NCBI RefSeq assembly: GCF_963976025.1 | Contig: NZ_CAXBJS010000001.1 | Coordinates: 1 to 45,789 of the forward strand | Length of the DNA: 45,789 nucleotides | DNA from: an uncultured Arenimonas sp. | GTDB lineage: Bacteria > Pseudomonadota > Gammaproteobacteria > Xanthomonadales > Xanthomonadaceae | Reading direction: 5' to 3' | Part shown: positions 1-9,338 of the stretch, piece after piece | Position numbering within the stretch: the first letter of the stretch is position 1 | Layout of the letters: every line of letters starts with the position of its first letter | Notes under the pieces: model-generated | Database searches by the model: none | Told to the model about the DNA's origin: nothing | The model's input: only the letters and a program-made list of their open reading frames with translations | Made by a program: the position numbers and the translations under genes

Positions 1-191
1 CTGCTGTGTTTGAGCACCGCGCCCATCGCCACTTCGCCCAGCTGTTCACCGTGCAGGCCGAACTTTTCCACCAGCGCGCCCAGGGCCTTGATCGACATGC
101 CGAGGTTGCCGACGTCGTGGTAGGCGGTGTTATTGCGGACGAAGGGGATGCGGACACCGCCCAGGATGGCGACACGGCGGGAAGGCGACAT
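1..191 (-). CDS. Acetyl-CoA C-acyltransferase (thiolase), 5' part; runs off the window start
   Basis: Manual translation from ATG at 191 gives MSPSRRVAILGGVRIPFVRNNTAYHDVGNLGMSIKALGALVEKFGLHGEQLGEVAMGAVLKHS, a thiolase N-terminus. AAGGAG RBS lies upstream. Confidence 0.85.
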   Translation of the reverse strand, partial: MSPSRRVAILGGVRIPFVRNNTAYHDVGNLGMSIKALGALVEKFGLHGEQLGEVAMGAVLKHS

Positions 192-225
192 GCGGTTCAC
201 TCCTTGCTGGAACTTGTTCGGGGGG

Positions 226-1170
226 TCAAACGCTGGGCTCCAGGCCGGCCGGCACCGGACCCCAGTCGGGGCGGGTTTGCCAGGCGCCGAAGATCCAGGC
301 GCGGAACATGTTGGCCACGCCGTCGTCGGCGGGCCGCTGCGACAGCAGCGCCACCAGGCGATGCGGCCCGCGGGCCTCGGCTTCGTCGGCGACGATGGCG
401 TCGAAATAGGTGGTCCACTGCTGGCCGTAGGTGATGCGCGGCGCGGCGTTGCGCAGGCGTTCGGCCTCGCGCGCGCTGGCCACCGGGTCGCCGTCGGGCT
501 TGCGCGCCACGACCTGCACGCAGGGCGAATCGTCGAGCACCAGCACCGGTTCCAGGCCGACGCCGCGCACATAGGCTTCCACTTCCTGCGGCACCACGAA
601 CTGGTTGCGCGCCACGTCCTTGCGCTGGCCGGGCGGCAGGCGCGCGGCCTGCTCGAACTCCAGCGCGAAGCGCCGCCAGCCGACCGGGTGCGCCAGGTTC
701 CAGTGGTCGAAGTAGAACAGGCCGCCGGGACGCAGCACGCGGGCGACGTCGCGCAGGTAAAGCACGAAGTCTTCCTTGTCCATGTGGATGAACACGGCCA
801 CGCAGTAGCCCTTGTCCATCGAACCGTCGGCCAGCGCATCCAGGTGCGGACCCTGCAGTGCGCTGAAAGCGCAGTCGCCGCTGCCGGCCAGCCGTTCGCG
901 GGCGACGTCGAGCATGTTTTCGCTGATGTCCAAACCGTGCCAGTGCGCCACGTCGCCGGCGAGTTCGCGGCCGATGCGGCCGACGCCGCAGCCCAGTTCG
1001 AATACGCGATCGCCTGCCTGCAGGTCGAGCGCGGCGCGCGCCTGGGCGGCGGAAAAGGCGCCGGTAAGACGGACGGTGCGCTCGTCGTGGCTGCCATCGA
1101 CCGCCACCAGCGCGCCGCGCGGCGTGCTGGCCTTGTCGTTCCAGAAGGATTTGTAGTCTTGGAAATCCAT
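226..1170 (-). CDS. Class I SAM-dependent methyltransferase with C-terminal extension
   Basis: VFELGCGVGR motif I, GLDIS motif II, and LRPGG. Start placed at MDFQDY (ATG 1170). Confidence 0.85.
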   Translation of the reverse strand: MDFQDYKSFWNDKASTPRGALVAVDGSHDERTVRLTGAFSAAQARAALDLQAGDRVFELGCGVGRIGRELAGDVAHWHGLDISENMLDVARERLAGSGDCAFSALQGPHLDALADGSMDKGYCVAVFIHMDKEDFVLYLRDVARVLRPGGLFYFDHWNLAHPVGWRRFALEFEQAARLPPGQRKDVARNQFVVPQEVEAYVRGVGLEPVLVLDDSPCVQVVARKPDGDPVASAREAERLRNAAPRITYGQQWTTYFDAIVADEAEARGPHRLVALLSQRPADDGVANMFRAWIFGAWQTRPDWGPVPAGLEPSV

Positions 1171-1250
1171 GCCTGCGGCGGGCGCGGGACCGGCCGTCCA
1201 TGTGTCGAAAGGTATGATGGCGATCATACCCCGACACCGCACGCACCCGT

Positions 1251-2126
1251 ATGTCCAAGCCCGAACTGAGCGTCCTGGCGGCCCTTGCACTGGAACTTTC
1301 GCCAGGCGCCGAAGCCGGCCGCCTCGAGCTTGGGGTCGACGCCGCCGGTGAACTGGCCGGCCTGGTCGCCCGCGACCTGGCCCGGCTGGTCCCCGACGCC
1401 GCCGCACTGGACCTGGCGATGGTGGCCGGTCTGTTCGATCCGGCCGAACTGCTGCGCCCCGGTTACCCCGTGCACGCCGAACTGGGCCGCCTCGCCGCTC
1501 GCGCGCCGGGCGCCGCCGGTGGCCGCATCATCGGTTTTGGTGCCGGCCAGGAAGGATTGCCGGCCGGACTGGCGCCGGCGCCGGAGTTCGCCGGCGGCCC
1601 GCTAAAGCTGCTGCCACTGGTGCTGCGCGGCGACGTGACGGCGGTGGCGCCGGTGGGCGACCAGCTTGAACAGGTGCTGCTCGACACCGGCATGGCCTCG
1701 GCCGACACCGCCCTGTTCGCGCAGAAGGCATTTGGCACACAGGTGGAACATGCGCGCCTGCTGACCATCAACGACCTGGCCGCGATGATGGCCATGCAGT
1801 TCGAACATGCCGGTATCGCCGCGCTGTGGCCGCGGGTGGAGGCCGCGCTGCTGGCCCCGGACGGCGAACAATGGCTCGACGCGCCGCCCGAGCCGCTGGC
1901 GCGTTATGCCAACGGCGGGGTGCGCATGGCGATGCTGGACATGGACGCCTGGGCGGAAGGCGGCTTCGCGCCGGCCGATACCGACGCCGCGCGCCTGGGC
2001 CGCGCCTTCGACCGCTTCCAGATGCGCCAGCGCCAGTTCGCCGGCCTGCTCGAGGCCCACGGCATCCCGGTCACCTACGACCACTGCCCCGCCGGCCGCG
2101 ACCCCAGGCAGGTACTGTCAGACTAG
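1251..2126 (+). CDS. Hypothetical protein (291 aa)
   Basis: Clean ORF with host-like codon usage and globular composition; no recognised motif. Confidence 0.75.
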   Translation: MSKPELSVLAALALELSPGAEAGRLELGVDAAGELAGLVARDLARLVPDAAALDLAMVAGLFDPAELLRPGYPVHAELGRLAARAPGAAGGRIIGFGAGQEGLPAGLAPAPEFAGGPLKLLPLVLRGDVTAVAPVGDQLEQVLLDTGMASADTALFAQKAFGTQVEHARLLTINDLAAMMAMQFEHAGIAALWPRVEAALLAPDGEQWLDAPPEPLARYANGGVRMAMLDMDAWAEGGFAPADTDAARLGRAFDRFQMRQRQFAGLLEAHGIPVTYDHCPAGRDPRQVLSD

Positions 2127-2168
2127 GCCCCGTCCCCCGGCCTACGCGCCGCCGCAGGAGCCTCACCC

Positions 2169-4409
2169 ATGCCCGCCCCCCTCCGCCTGCTGGCGCTGGC
2201 GCTGCTGCTTTGGCTGCCAGCCATGGCGACGGCGGCCAGCGACCCGGTGCAAACCAAGGCCTGCCGCAGCGGCGGCGGCGATCCCGAGCGCCCGCGCATC
2301 GGCCTGGTGCTGGGCGGCGGCGGCGCCCGCGGTTTCGCGCACGTGGCGGTGCTCAAGGAGCTCGAGCGCCTGAACGTGCCCGTGGACTGCATCGCCGGCA
2401 CCAGCATGGGCGCGCTGGTCGGCGGCCTGTACGCCTCGGGCCTTTCTGCCGCGCAGATCGAAACCGAACTGCGCGCAATCGACTGGCCGGCGATGTTCAG
2501 CGACCGGCTGGACCGGCCGGCGCGGTCCTTCCGGCGCAAACGCGACGACGACCTGGCCCTGGTCGCCGGCAAACCCGGCATCGGCAACGAAGGCCTGAAG
2601 ATCGCCTCGGGCCTGGTCTCGGGCGAGCGGGTGGTGCTGCTGCTCGAGCGCCTGACCCAGCCGGCGGCGCTGGCCGACGATTTCGACGCGCTGCCGATTC
2701 CCTTCCGCGCCGTCGCCACCGACCTCAACACCGGCCAGGCCGTGGTGATCGGCGACGGCAACCTGGCCCAGGCCATGCGCGCGAGCATGTCCATCCCGGG
2801 CGTGTTCCGGCCGGTGCGGGTGGGCGAAATGGTGCTGGTGGACGGCGGCCTGGCCAACCAGGTGCCGGTGGACGTGGCGCGGGCGATGGGCGCCGACATC
2901 GTGATCGCCGTGGACGTGGGCACGCCGCTGCGACCGCTGGACGAAGGCGCGGGGCTGTTCGCCATCATCGACCAGATCAGCGGCTTCATGACCGTTGGCA
3001 GCGCCGCGGCGCAAACGGCAAGCCTGCAGGGCCGCGACGTGCTGGTGTCGCCGCCGCTGGGCACCGAGGTGGGCACCAGCGATTTCTCGAAGCTCGACCT
3101 CGCGCTTGAACTGGCCGAAGCCGGCCTGGTGCAGGTGCGGCCGCGCCTGGCGGCGCTGTCGGTGGGGGCCGAGGAGGCCGCGCGCCTTGCCGCGAACCGC
3201 GCCACCGTGGCGACGTCACCGCCGGTGGTGGATTTCGTGCGCCTGGACAACCGCAGCCGCTACGCCGATGAGTTCGTGCTCTCGCACATCGATGTGCCGC
3301 TGCGTCAGCCGCTGGACGCCATGGCACTCGAACGCGGACTGCGCCGCATCCACGGCCTGGACACGCTGGACCTGGTGACCTACGACCTGGTCGAGGAAAA
3401 CGGCCACACCGGCCTGGTGATCCACGTGGTGCCACACGCCTTCGGACCCAATTACCTGGAAAGCGGGCTGAGCGTCTATTCCGACTTCAACGGCGACTTC
3501 TTCGTGAACCTGCGCGCCGGCGTGCTGCGTTCGCCGGTGAATGCGCGCGGCGGCGAACTGCGCGGGCTGCTGCAGCTGGGCGACGAGCCGGGCCTGCTGC
3601 TCGACTACTACCAGCCGTTGGATCCGCAGGGCAATTATTTCTTCATCGCCAGCGCCAGCTACGAATCGCCCAAGTTCGGCCTGTTCGACGCCGACGGCGA
3701 ACGCCTGGCGAACTATCGTGCGCCCAACGCCGGTATCGAGCTGGCCCTGGGCCGCGAGTTCAGCAACTACGGCGCCGCCACCCTGGCCTACCGGCGCCGC
3801 AGCGGCCGGGTCGAACTCGAGCTGGGTGATCCGCTGGTGCAGGGGCTGGATTTCGAACAGGGCGAACTGGAGTGGGCGCTGACCTACGACCGCATCGACA
3901 GCCTGTTCCTGCCGCGCGCCGGCCAGTACGCCGTGCTGGGCCAGGTACATTCGCGCGACGCGCTGGGCGCCGGCGCGGACTACACGCTCAACAACTTCGA
4001 TGCGGTCACGGCGCATGCCATCGGCAAACACTCGGGCTTTGGCGGCATCCGCCTGCACACCAGCGACAGCGACTCCGGCGTGCCGGTGCAGGGCCTGTTC
4101 CGGCTGGGCGGCCTGACCCGCTTCAGCGGCTTCCGGCCCAACGAACGCCTGGTCGAAAACTACGCCCTGGCCTACGCCGGCTACACCTACGAACTCGGGC
4201 GCGTGCTCAGTCGTTCCGCCGTGCTGGGCGGCACCATCGAATACGGGCGCACCTGGGACGGCAGCGGGTCGCTGGGCCGCGGCAGCCGCGAACTGCACGG
4301 CAGCGTGTACTTCGGCTTCGACTCCTGGCTGGGGCCGATGCAGCTGGGCTACGGCATCCGCGAAGGCGGCGACGGCATTTTCCTGCTGGAACTGGGCCAG
4401 CAGCGCTGA
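2169..4409 (+). CDS. Patatin-like phospholipase with POTRA and Omp85-type barrel (PlpD-like, type Vd)
   Basis: Signal peptide; LGGGGARG, GTSMG and DGG patatin motifs; C-terminal amphipathic beta-strands; AGGAG RBS. Confidence 0.88.
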   Translation: MPAPLRLLALALLLWLPAMATAASDPVQTKACRSGGGDPERPRIGLVLGGGGARGFAHVAVLKELERLNVPVDCIAGTSMGALVGGLYASGLSAAQIETELRAIDWPAMFSDRLDRPARSFRRKRDDDLALVAGKPGIGNEGLKIASGLVSGERVVLLLERLTQPAALADDFDALPIPFRAVATDLNTGQAVVIGDGNLAQAMRASMSIPGVFRPVRVGEMVLVDGGLANQVPVDVARAMGADIVIAVDVGTPLRPLDEGAGLFAIIDQISGFMTVGSAAAQTASLQGRDVLVSPPLGTEVGTSDFSKLDLALELAEAGLVQVRPRLAALSVGAEEAARLAANRATVATSPPVVDFVRLDNRSRYADEFVLSHIDVPLRQPLDAMALERGLRRIHGLDTLDLVTYDLVEENGHTGLVIHVVPHAFGPNYLESGLSVYSDFNGDFFVNLRAGVLRSPVNARGGELRGLLQLGDEPGLLLDYYQPLDPQGNYFFIASASYESPKFGLFDADGERLANYRAPNAGIELALGREFSNYGAATLAYRRRSGRVELELGDPLVQGLDFEQGELEWALTYDRIDSLFLPRAGQYAVLGQVHSRDALGAGADYTLNNFDAVTAHAIGKHSGFGGIRLHTSDSDSGVPVQGLFRLGGLTRFSGFRPNERLVENYALAYAGYTYELGRVLSRSAVLGGTIEYGRTWDGSGSLGRGSRELHGSVYFGFDSWLGPMQLGYGIREGGDGIFLLELGQQR

Positions 4410-4415
4410 GCGGTT

Positions 4416-5465
4416 TCAGCGGCCCCAATAACCCAGCTCGCGGCGCAGCTTGAGGCTGCGCCACCAGCCCGCCAGCGGTTTGCGGCGCAGGCTGCCCAGA
4501 TCGCCGCGCAGCAGGGCCTCGGTGGCTTCAAGAACCCTTTGGCTGGACCGGCCGTCGCGCCAGGGATGGATGGCGTCGGCGTAGGCGGCGATGGCCGCGC
4601 GCAGCGTGTCGTCGGGCGCGAACGCCCGCGCCAGGTGCTGTTCCAGGGCCGCCGGGTCGTCGAAATCGATCATGTGCGGCTTCGGCGCGCGGTTGCGGAA
4701 AGTGACCACCGGTTTACGCTGCACCACGAATTCCGAGACCACCGAGGTGGTGTCGGCCAGCAGCACGTCGGCGGCGCGCTGGGCGCTTACCAGCTGTTCG
4801 GTCTCGACGAAGGCCGCGTTGGCGCCGGCCAGCGCGCGATAGCGTTCGAACAATTCCGCCGGGCACTTGGGATGCAGGGTCAGCAGCCAGTAGCGGTCGC
4901 CGCGGGCGACCTGCGCGGCGATGGCGTCGTACAGGCGCGGCGCCGCGCTGAGGCGTTCGGTGAAGGTCGAGGCGAACAGCACCACCGGCCGGCCACCGGC
5001 GCCGGCGCGCAGGGTGTCGGCCAGCGGGTCGCTGGCACGGAACAGGGGGTCGAGCTTGGGCCAGCCGGTTTCAACCACGGCGAAATGCCCGGCCCGGGCG
5101 GCCAGGGCCTGGAAGGGCCCGGTGGTGGCCGGCCCCTGCGTGCAATAGAGGTCGAACTGCCCGCGCACGCGGAAATGGCCGCGCGTGTCGCTTCGCTTCT
5201 CGACGTTGAAGCCGTGGAAGAGCTGCACTTTTGCGCCGGCGATGAATCCCGGCACGTCGTTGGCGGCGCTGAAAACGGCCCGCGGCCGCAGCGCCACCGC
5301 TTCGTGCACGCCTACCGGTCGCGCCGCCGGCGGCAGCGTGGCGCCCGCGGCGCCGCGGATGAACAGCGTGTGTACACCGTGGCCCGCGGCTTGCAGGGTT
5401 TCCGCGAGCGGGCCCAGAATGGGCAACGCGTAGCGCTCGGTCGCGAACAACAGGTATTCCGCCAT
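4416..5465 (-). CDS. CDP-glycerol glycerophosphotransferase-family / GT-B fold protein
   Basis: QLFHG, TGWPKLD, LHP, ADVLLADTTSV and DGRSSQRV motifs. Start at MAEYLLF. Confidence 0.8.
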   Translation of the reverse strand: MAEYLLFATERYALPILGPLAETLQAAGHGVHTLFIRGAAGATLPPAARPVGVHEAVALRPRAVFSAANDVPGFIAGAKVQLFHGFNVEKRSDTRGHFRVRGQFDLYCTQGPATTGPFQALAARAGHFAVVETGWPKLDPLFRASDPLADTLRAGAGGRPVVLFASTFTERLSAAPRLYDAIAAQVARGDRYWLLTLHPKCPAELFERYRALAGANAAFVETEQLVSAQRAADVLLADTTSVVSEFVVQRKPVVTFRNRAPKPHMIDFDDPAALEQHLARAFAPDDTLRAAIAAYADAIHPWRDGRSSQRVLEATEALLRGDLGSLRRKPLAGWWRSLKLRRELGYWGR

Positions 5466-5481
5466 CAACGCACCCCCGGCC

Positions 5482-6270
5482 ATGTCGCCTCGCCTATCGG
5501 CCTGCATTATCACCTTCAATGAAGCCGATCGCCTGGCCGACTGCCTGGCGTCGCTGGCCTTCTGCGATGAAATCGTGGTGGTGGACTCGGGTTCGACCGA
5601 CGCCACCGTCGCCATCGCCCACCAGGCCGGCGCCCGCGTCTTCGAGCGGCCCTTCGAGGGCTTCCGCAGCCAGAAGCAGTTCGCGGTCGAACAGGCCCGC
5701 TTCGACTGGGTGCTGTGCCTGGACGCCGACGAACGCGTGGACGACACCCTGCGCGCCAGCATCCAGGCCGAACGCGCGCTGGGCTTCGAGCACGTCGCGG
5801 GCTATCGCTTCGCCCGGCTGTCGAACTACTTCGGGCGCTTCCTGCGCCACGGCAATGCCTATCCCGACCGCGTGCTGCGCCTGTTCGACCGCCGCCGCGG
5901 CGGCTGGCGCGGCAATCGCGAAGTGCATGAAGCCGCCAGCGTCGATGGCCCGGTGCGCACGCTTGCCGGCGACCTGCTGCATTTCCCCTACCGGTCGCTG
6001 GAACAGCAGCTGGCCAAGACCCAGCGCTACGCGCGCATGATGGCCGAGCACGATTTCAAGCGCGGCCGGCGCGCCAGCCTGGTCGGCCTGGTGCTGTCGC
6101 CGGCCTGGCGCTTCTGGCGCGGCTACCTGCTGCGCGCGGGTTTCCTGGACGGCTGGCACGGCCTGGTTTATGCCTACGTGCGCGCCAACTACGTGCGCCA
6201 GAAGACCATCATGCTGTGGATGCTGCAGCACAAGCAGCCGGTGGTCGAACCCCCGCGCGGGGACCGCTGA
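5482..6270 (+). CDS. Glycosyltransferase family 2 (WaaE/KdtX-like)
   Basis: IITFNEA, VVDSGSTD, LDADE, VHE and GFLDG motifs. Confidence 0.9.
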   Translation: MSPRLSACIITFNEADRLADCLASLAFCDEIVVVDSGSTDATVAIAHQAGARVFERPFEGFRSQKQFAVEQARFDWVLCLDADERVDDTLRASIQAERALGFEHVAGYRFARLSNYFGRFLRHGNAYPDRVLRLFDRRRGGWRGNREVHEAASVDGPVRTLAGDLLHFPYRSLEQQLAKTQRYARMMAEHDFKRGRRASLVGLVLSPAWRFWRGYLLRAGFLDGWHGLVYAYVRANYVRQKTIMLWMLQHKQPVVEPPRGDR

Positions 6271-6273
6271 GCC

Positions 6274-8178
6274 ATGTGCGGCATTGCCGGCACCTGGTTC
6301 CCGGGCGCGCGCGACGACGCGTCCCTGCACGCGCTCGGCGCCCGCCAGGGTGAAGCCATCGCCCACCGCGGCCCCGACGACGCCGGCACCTGGGCAGACC
6401 CGGCCGCCGGCCTGGTGCTGTCGCACCGCCGGCTTTCCATCCTCGACCTGAGCCCCGAGGGCCACCAGCCCATGCTGTCGCGCGACGGCCGGTGGGCGCT
6501 GATCTTCAACGGCGAGATCTACAACCACGGCGCCCTGCGCGCTGAACTGGCGACCCTGGGGCACGCGTTCCGCGGCCACTCCGACACCGAAGTGCTGCTG
6601 GCGGCGATCGGCGAATGGGGCGTCGAACAGGCGCTGCAAAAGAGCAACGGCATGCTCGCGCTGGCCGCCTGGGACCGCAAGCAGCGCCGCCTGTGGCTGG
6701 CCCGCGACCGCATGGGCAAGAAGCCGCTGTATTACGGCTTCGCCGGCGACGGCGCGCTGGTGTTCGGCAGCGAACTGCGGGCGCTGAAGGCACATCCGGC
6801 GCTGGAAGCCACGGTGGATCCCGACGCGCTGTCCCTGCTGCTGCGGCTCGACTACATCCCGGCGCCCTGGTCGATCCTGCGCGGCGTGCACAAGCTGCCG
6901 GCCGGCACGTTGCTGAGCCTGGACATGGCCGCGCTGCAGGCCGGCGCGGCGGCCCTGGACCCGGCGAAAACTCCGCGACGCTGGTGGGACGCGCTGGCTG
7001 CCCAGCGCGAGGCGATCAACCACGGTTTCGCCGGCGGCGACCAGGAAGCCCTGGACACGCTGGACGTGCTGCTGCGCGAAGCCACCGCCATGCGCATGGA
7101 GGCCGACGTGCCGCTGGGCGCCTTCCTGTCCGGCGGCACCGATTCGTCGCTGGTGACGGCGATGATGCAGGTGCAGTCGGCGGCGCCCGTGCGCAGTTTT
7201 TCCATCGGCTTCGACAACCTGCGCCACGACGAAAGCGCGCATGCGGCGCGGGTGGCCGCGCACCTGGGCACCCACCACACCGAGCTGCGCGTCGATGGCC
7301 AGGCCGCGCTCGACCTGGTGCCTTCGCTGCCGGACATCTTCGACGAACCCTTCGCCGACTCCTCGCAGGTGCCGACCGCGCTGCTGTGCGCGCTGACCCG
7401 CAAGCACGTGACGGTGGCGCTGTCGGGCGACGGCGGCGACGAACTGTTTTTTGGCTATTCGCGCTACGCCCGCACGCTGCGCAACAACGCCTGGCTGGGC
7501 AAGCTGCCGCGGGCGATGCTGGCCAACCGGATCAGCGAGCCCGGCGAAGCCGCGCGCCTGGGCGGAATGGCCGCGCTGCGCGCCGAGCTGCGCGCCGGCG
7601 ACCTGCAGGGCCTGGCCCGGCACCGCGTTTCGCGCTGGCGTTTGCCCGAGGCCGTGGTCATCGGCGCACGGCGGCTGAAAACCGCCTATGACGACCCCGA
7701 TGCCCTGCCCGGCGTCGGCACGCCCGGCGACGCGCTGATGGCGATGGACATGGCCTGCTACCTGCCCGAGGACATCCTGGCCAAGGTCGACCGGGCCAGC
7801 ATGGCGGTGTCGCTGGAAGCGCGCGCCCCGCTGCTGGACTGGCGCGTGGCCAGCTTCGCCTGGACGCTGCCGATGTCGATGAAGGCGCGTCACGGCCAGC
7901 TCAAGTGGCTGCCCAAGCAGCTGCTGCTGCGCTACCTGCCCAAGCCGCTGGTGCAGCATCCCAAGACCGGCTTCGGTGCGCCGGTGGGTGACTGGCTGCG
8001 CGGGCCGCTGCGCGAGTGGGCCGAGGCCCAGCTCGACGAAACCCGCCTGCGCGAAGAAGGCCACTTCGACCCGGCGCCGATCCGCCGCATCTGGAAGGCC
8101 TTCCTGGACGGCGAGCGCAAATGGCACACCCATCTGTGGGGCGTGCTGATGTTCCAGGCCTGGCGCGAGAAGCTCTAG
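6274..8178 (+). CDS. asnB: Asparagine synthase (glutamine-hydrolysing) family amidotransferase
   Basis: MCGIAG N-terminus; HRGPD, FNGEIYN, LSGGTDSS, SGDGGDELF and KVDRASM motifs. Confidence 0.92.
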   Translation: MCGIAGTWFPGARDDASLHALGARQGEAIAHRGPDDAGTWADPAAGLVLSHRRLSILDLSPEGHQPMLSRDGRWALIFNGEIYNHGALRAELATLGHAFRGHSDTEVLLAAIGEWGVEQALQKSNGMLALAAWDRKQRRLWLARDRMGKKPLYYGFAGDGALVFGSELRALKAHPALEATVDPDALSLLLRLDYIPAPWSILRGVHKLPAGTLLSLDMAALQAGAAALDPAKTPRRWWDALAAQREAINHGFAGGDQEALDTLDVLLREATAMRMEADVPLGAFLSGGTDSSLVTAMMQVQSAAPVRSFSIGFDNLRHDESAHAARVAAHLGTHHTELRVDGQAALDLVPSLPDIFDEPFADSSQVPTALLCALTRKHVTVALSGDGGDELFFGYSRYARTLRNNAWLGKLPRAMLANRISEPGEAARLGGMAALRAELRAGDLQGLARHRVSRWRLPEAVVIGARRLKTAYDDPDALPGVGTPGDALMAMDMACYLPEDILAKVDRASMAVSLEARAPLLDWRVASFAWTLPMSMKARHGQLKWLPKQLLLRYLPKPLVQHPKTGFGAPVGDWLRGPLREWAEAQLDETRLREEGHFDPAPIRRIWKAFLDGERKWHTHLWGVLMFQAWREKL

Positions 8179-8185
8179 CGCGCGT

Positions 8186-8650
8186 TCAGCGGGTCGGCGC
8201 CTCGTACATGCGGTAGCCCGCATCCACCATGCCCAGGCCTTCGTAGGTCTTCTGGGCGATGCTGTTTTCGCGCTCGACGTACAGGCGCAGGCCGCAGACG
8301 TCGGGCGTGGCTTTCGCGCGCTCGAGCACGTGTTTGTACAGCGCGGCGTAACAGCCGCGGCGACGGAAGGCCGGGTCCACGTAAACGCTCTGGATCCACC
8401 ACCAGTCGCCGTTGCGCCAGTCGCTCCACTCGTAGGTAAGCATCAGCGTGCCGGCCGGTTCGCCCTCATGTTCGGCGACGAAGTAGGCGCCGCGGCGCGA
8501 CTCCGCCAGCACCGCGCGAATGCCGGCTTCGACGGTGTCGGCATCGAGCGCCTTGTGTTCGGTTTCCCAGGCCATGGCCACGGCCCAGTCGCGCAGGCGG
8601 GCGACGTCGCCGTCGCCCGCCGCGCGGATCTGCCAGGGGCCTTTGGTCAC
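8186..8650 (-). CDS. GNAT family N-acetyltransferase
   Basis: SVYVDPAFRRRG motif A and LYVERENSIAQKTY. GTG start overlaps the sodC stop. Confidence 0.88.
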   Translation of the reverse strand: MTKGPWQIRAAGDGDVARLRDWAVAMAWETEHKALDADTVEAGIRAVLAESRRGAYFVAEHEGEPAGTLMLTYEWSDWRNGDWWWIQSVYVDPAFRRRGCYAALYKHVLERAKATPDVCGLRLYVERENSIAQKTYEGLGMVDAGYRMYEAPTR

Positions 8651-9278
8651 GAGGCAGGGCCCTGGTAGTCGGGCGCCGGCTGCACCAGTTCGACCACGCC
8701 GCAGGCGATGCGTGCGCCGGCGTTGCCGGTGGGCTGGGTGGCGTAGTCGTCGGCCTGGGCGTGCACGATCACCGCGCGGCCGACCACGTCGTGGCTGGCG
8801 TCGCCGTCGATCTGCAGGCCGTCCAGGCGCACGTCCACCTGGCCGACGCCATCGTCGCCCGCGGTCAGGTTCGGCATGTCGCCGGCGTGGTGCGGACCTT
8901 CGGTCTGGCGGTCGCCGTGCTGCATCTGGTCGGGATTGAAGTGGCCGCCGGCGCTGGTGGCGTCGGGCGCGCTGCAGTCACCAAATTCATGCACATGGAA
9001 GCCGTGCACGCTGCCGGGTTTGAGGCCACGAACTTCGCCGTGCAGACGCAGGGCGTCACCATCGGGGTCGAAGGTCAGTTCGCCGGTGACGCCGCTGCCC
9101 TGGACTTCGGCCAGGACGACGCGGGCCTGTGCAGCCAGGGCGATGCCGCCGGCGGCCGATGCGCTGTCGTCGGCGGGGCGGCCGGCGCAGGCGTCGGCAC
9201 CTCAGGTTCGGGTTCGCCGGCGCAGCCCGCCAGGCCAAGGGCCAGGGCGGCGGCAAGCACGGTGGTCATCGTCTTCAT
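8647..9278 (-). pseudogene. sodC: Cu/Zn superoxide dismutase lipoprotein, split by a 1-bp frameshift near 9175-9178
   Basis: The lipobox-bearing N-terminus (LAGC) from ATG 9278 is in one frame. The SOD domain (HGFHVHEFGDC, GGHFNP, HAGDMPN, GARIACG) is in another. The span is 632 bp (3n+2). Confidence 0.8.
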
Positions 9279-9338
9279 GGGGACTCCTTGGCGTACAAAT
9301 TGAACACGCAGGGTGACGGGTTACGGCTTAACGTTTAG

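Noticed and set aside
5494-8223. 909-aa minus-strand ORF and similar long ORFs (21619-23082, 24556-26121, 41825-43903, 43999-45615)
   Set aside because: These are shadow ORFs antisense to well-supported genes, as expected in high-GC DNA with few stop codons.
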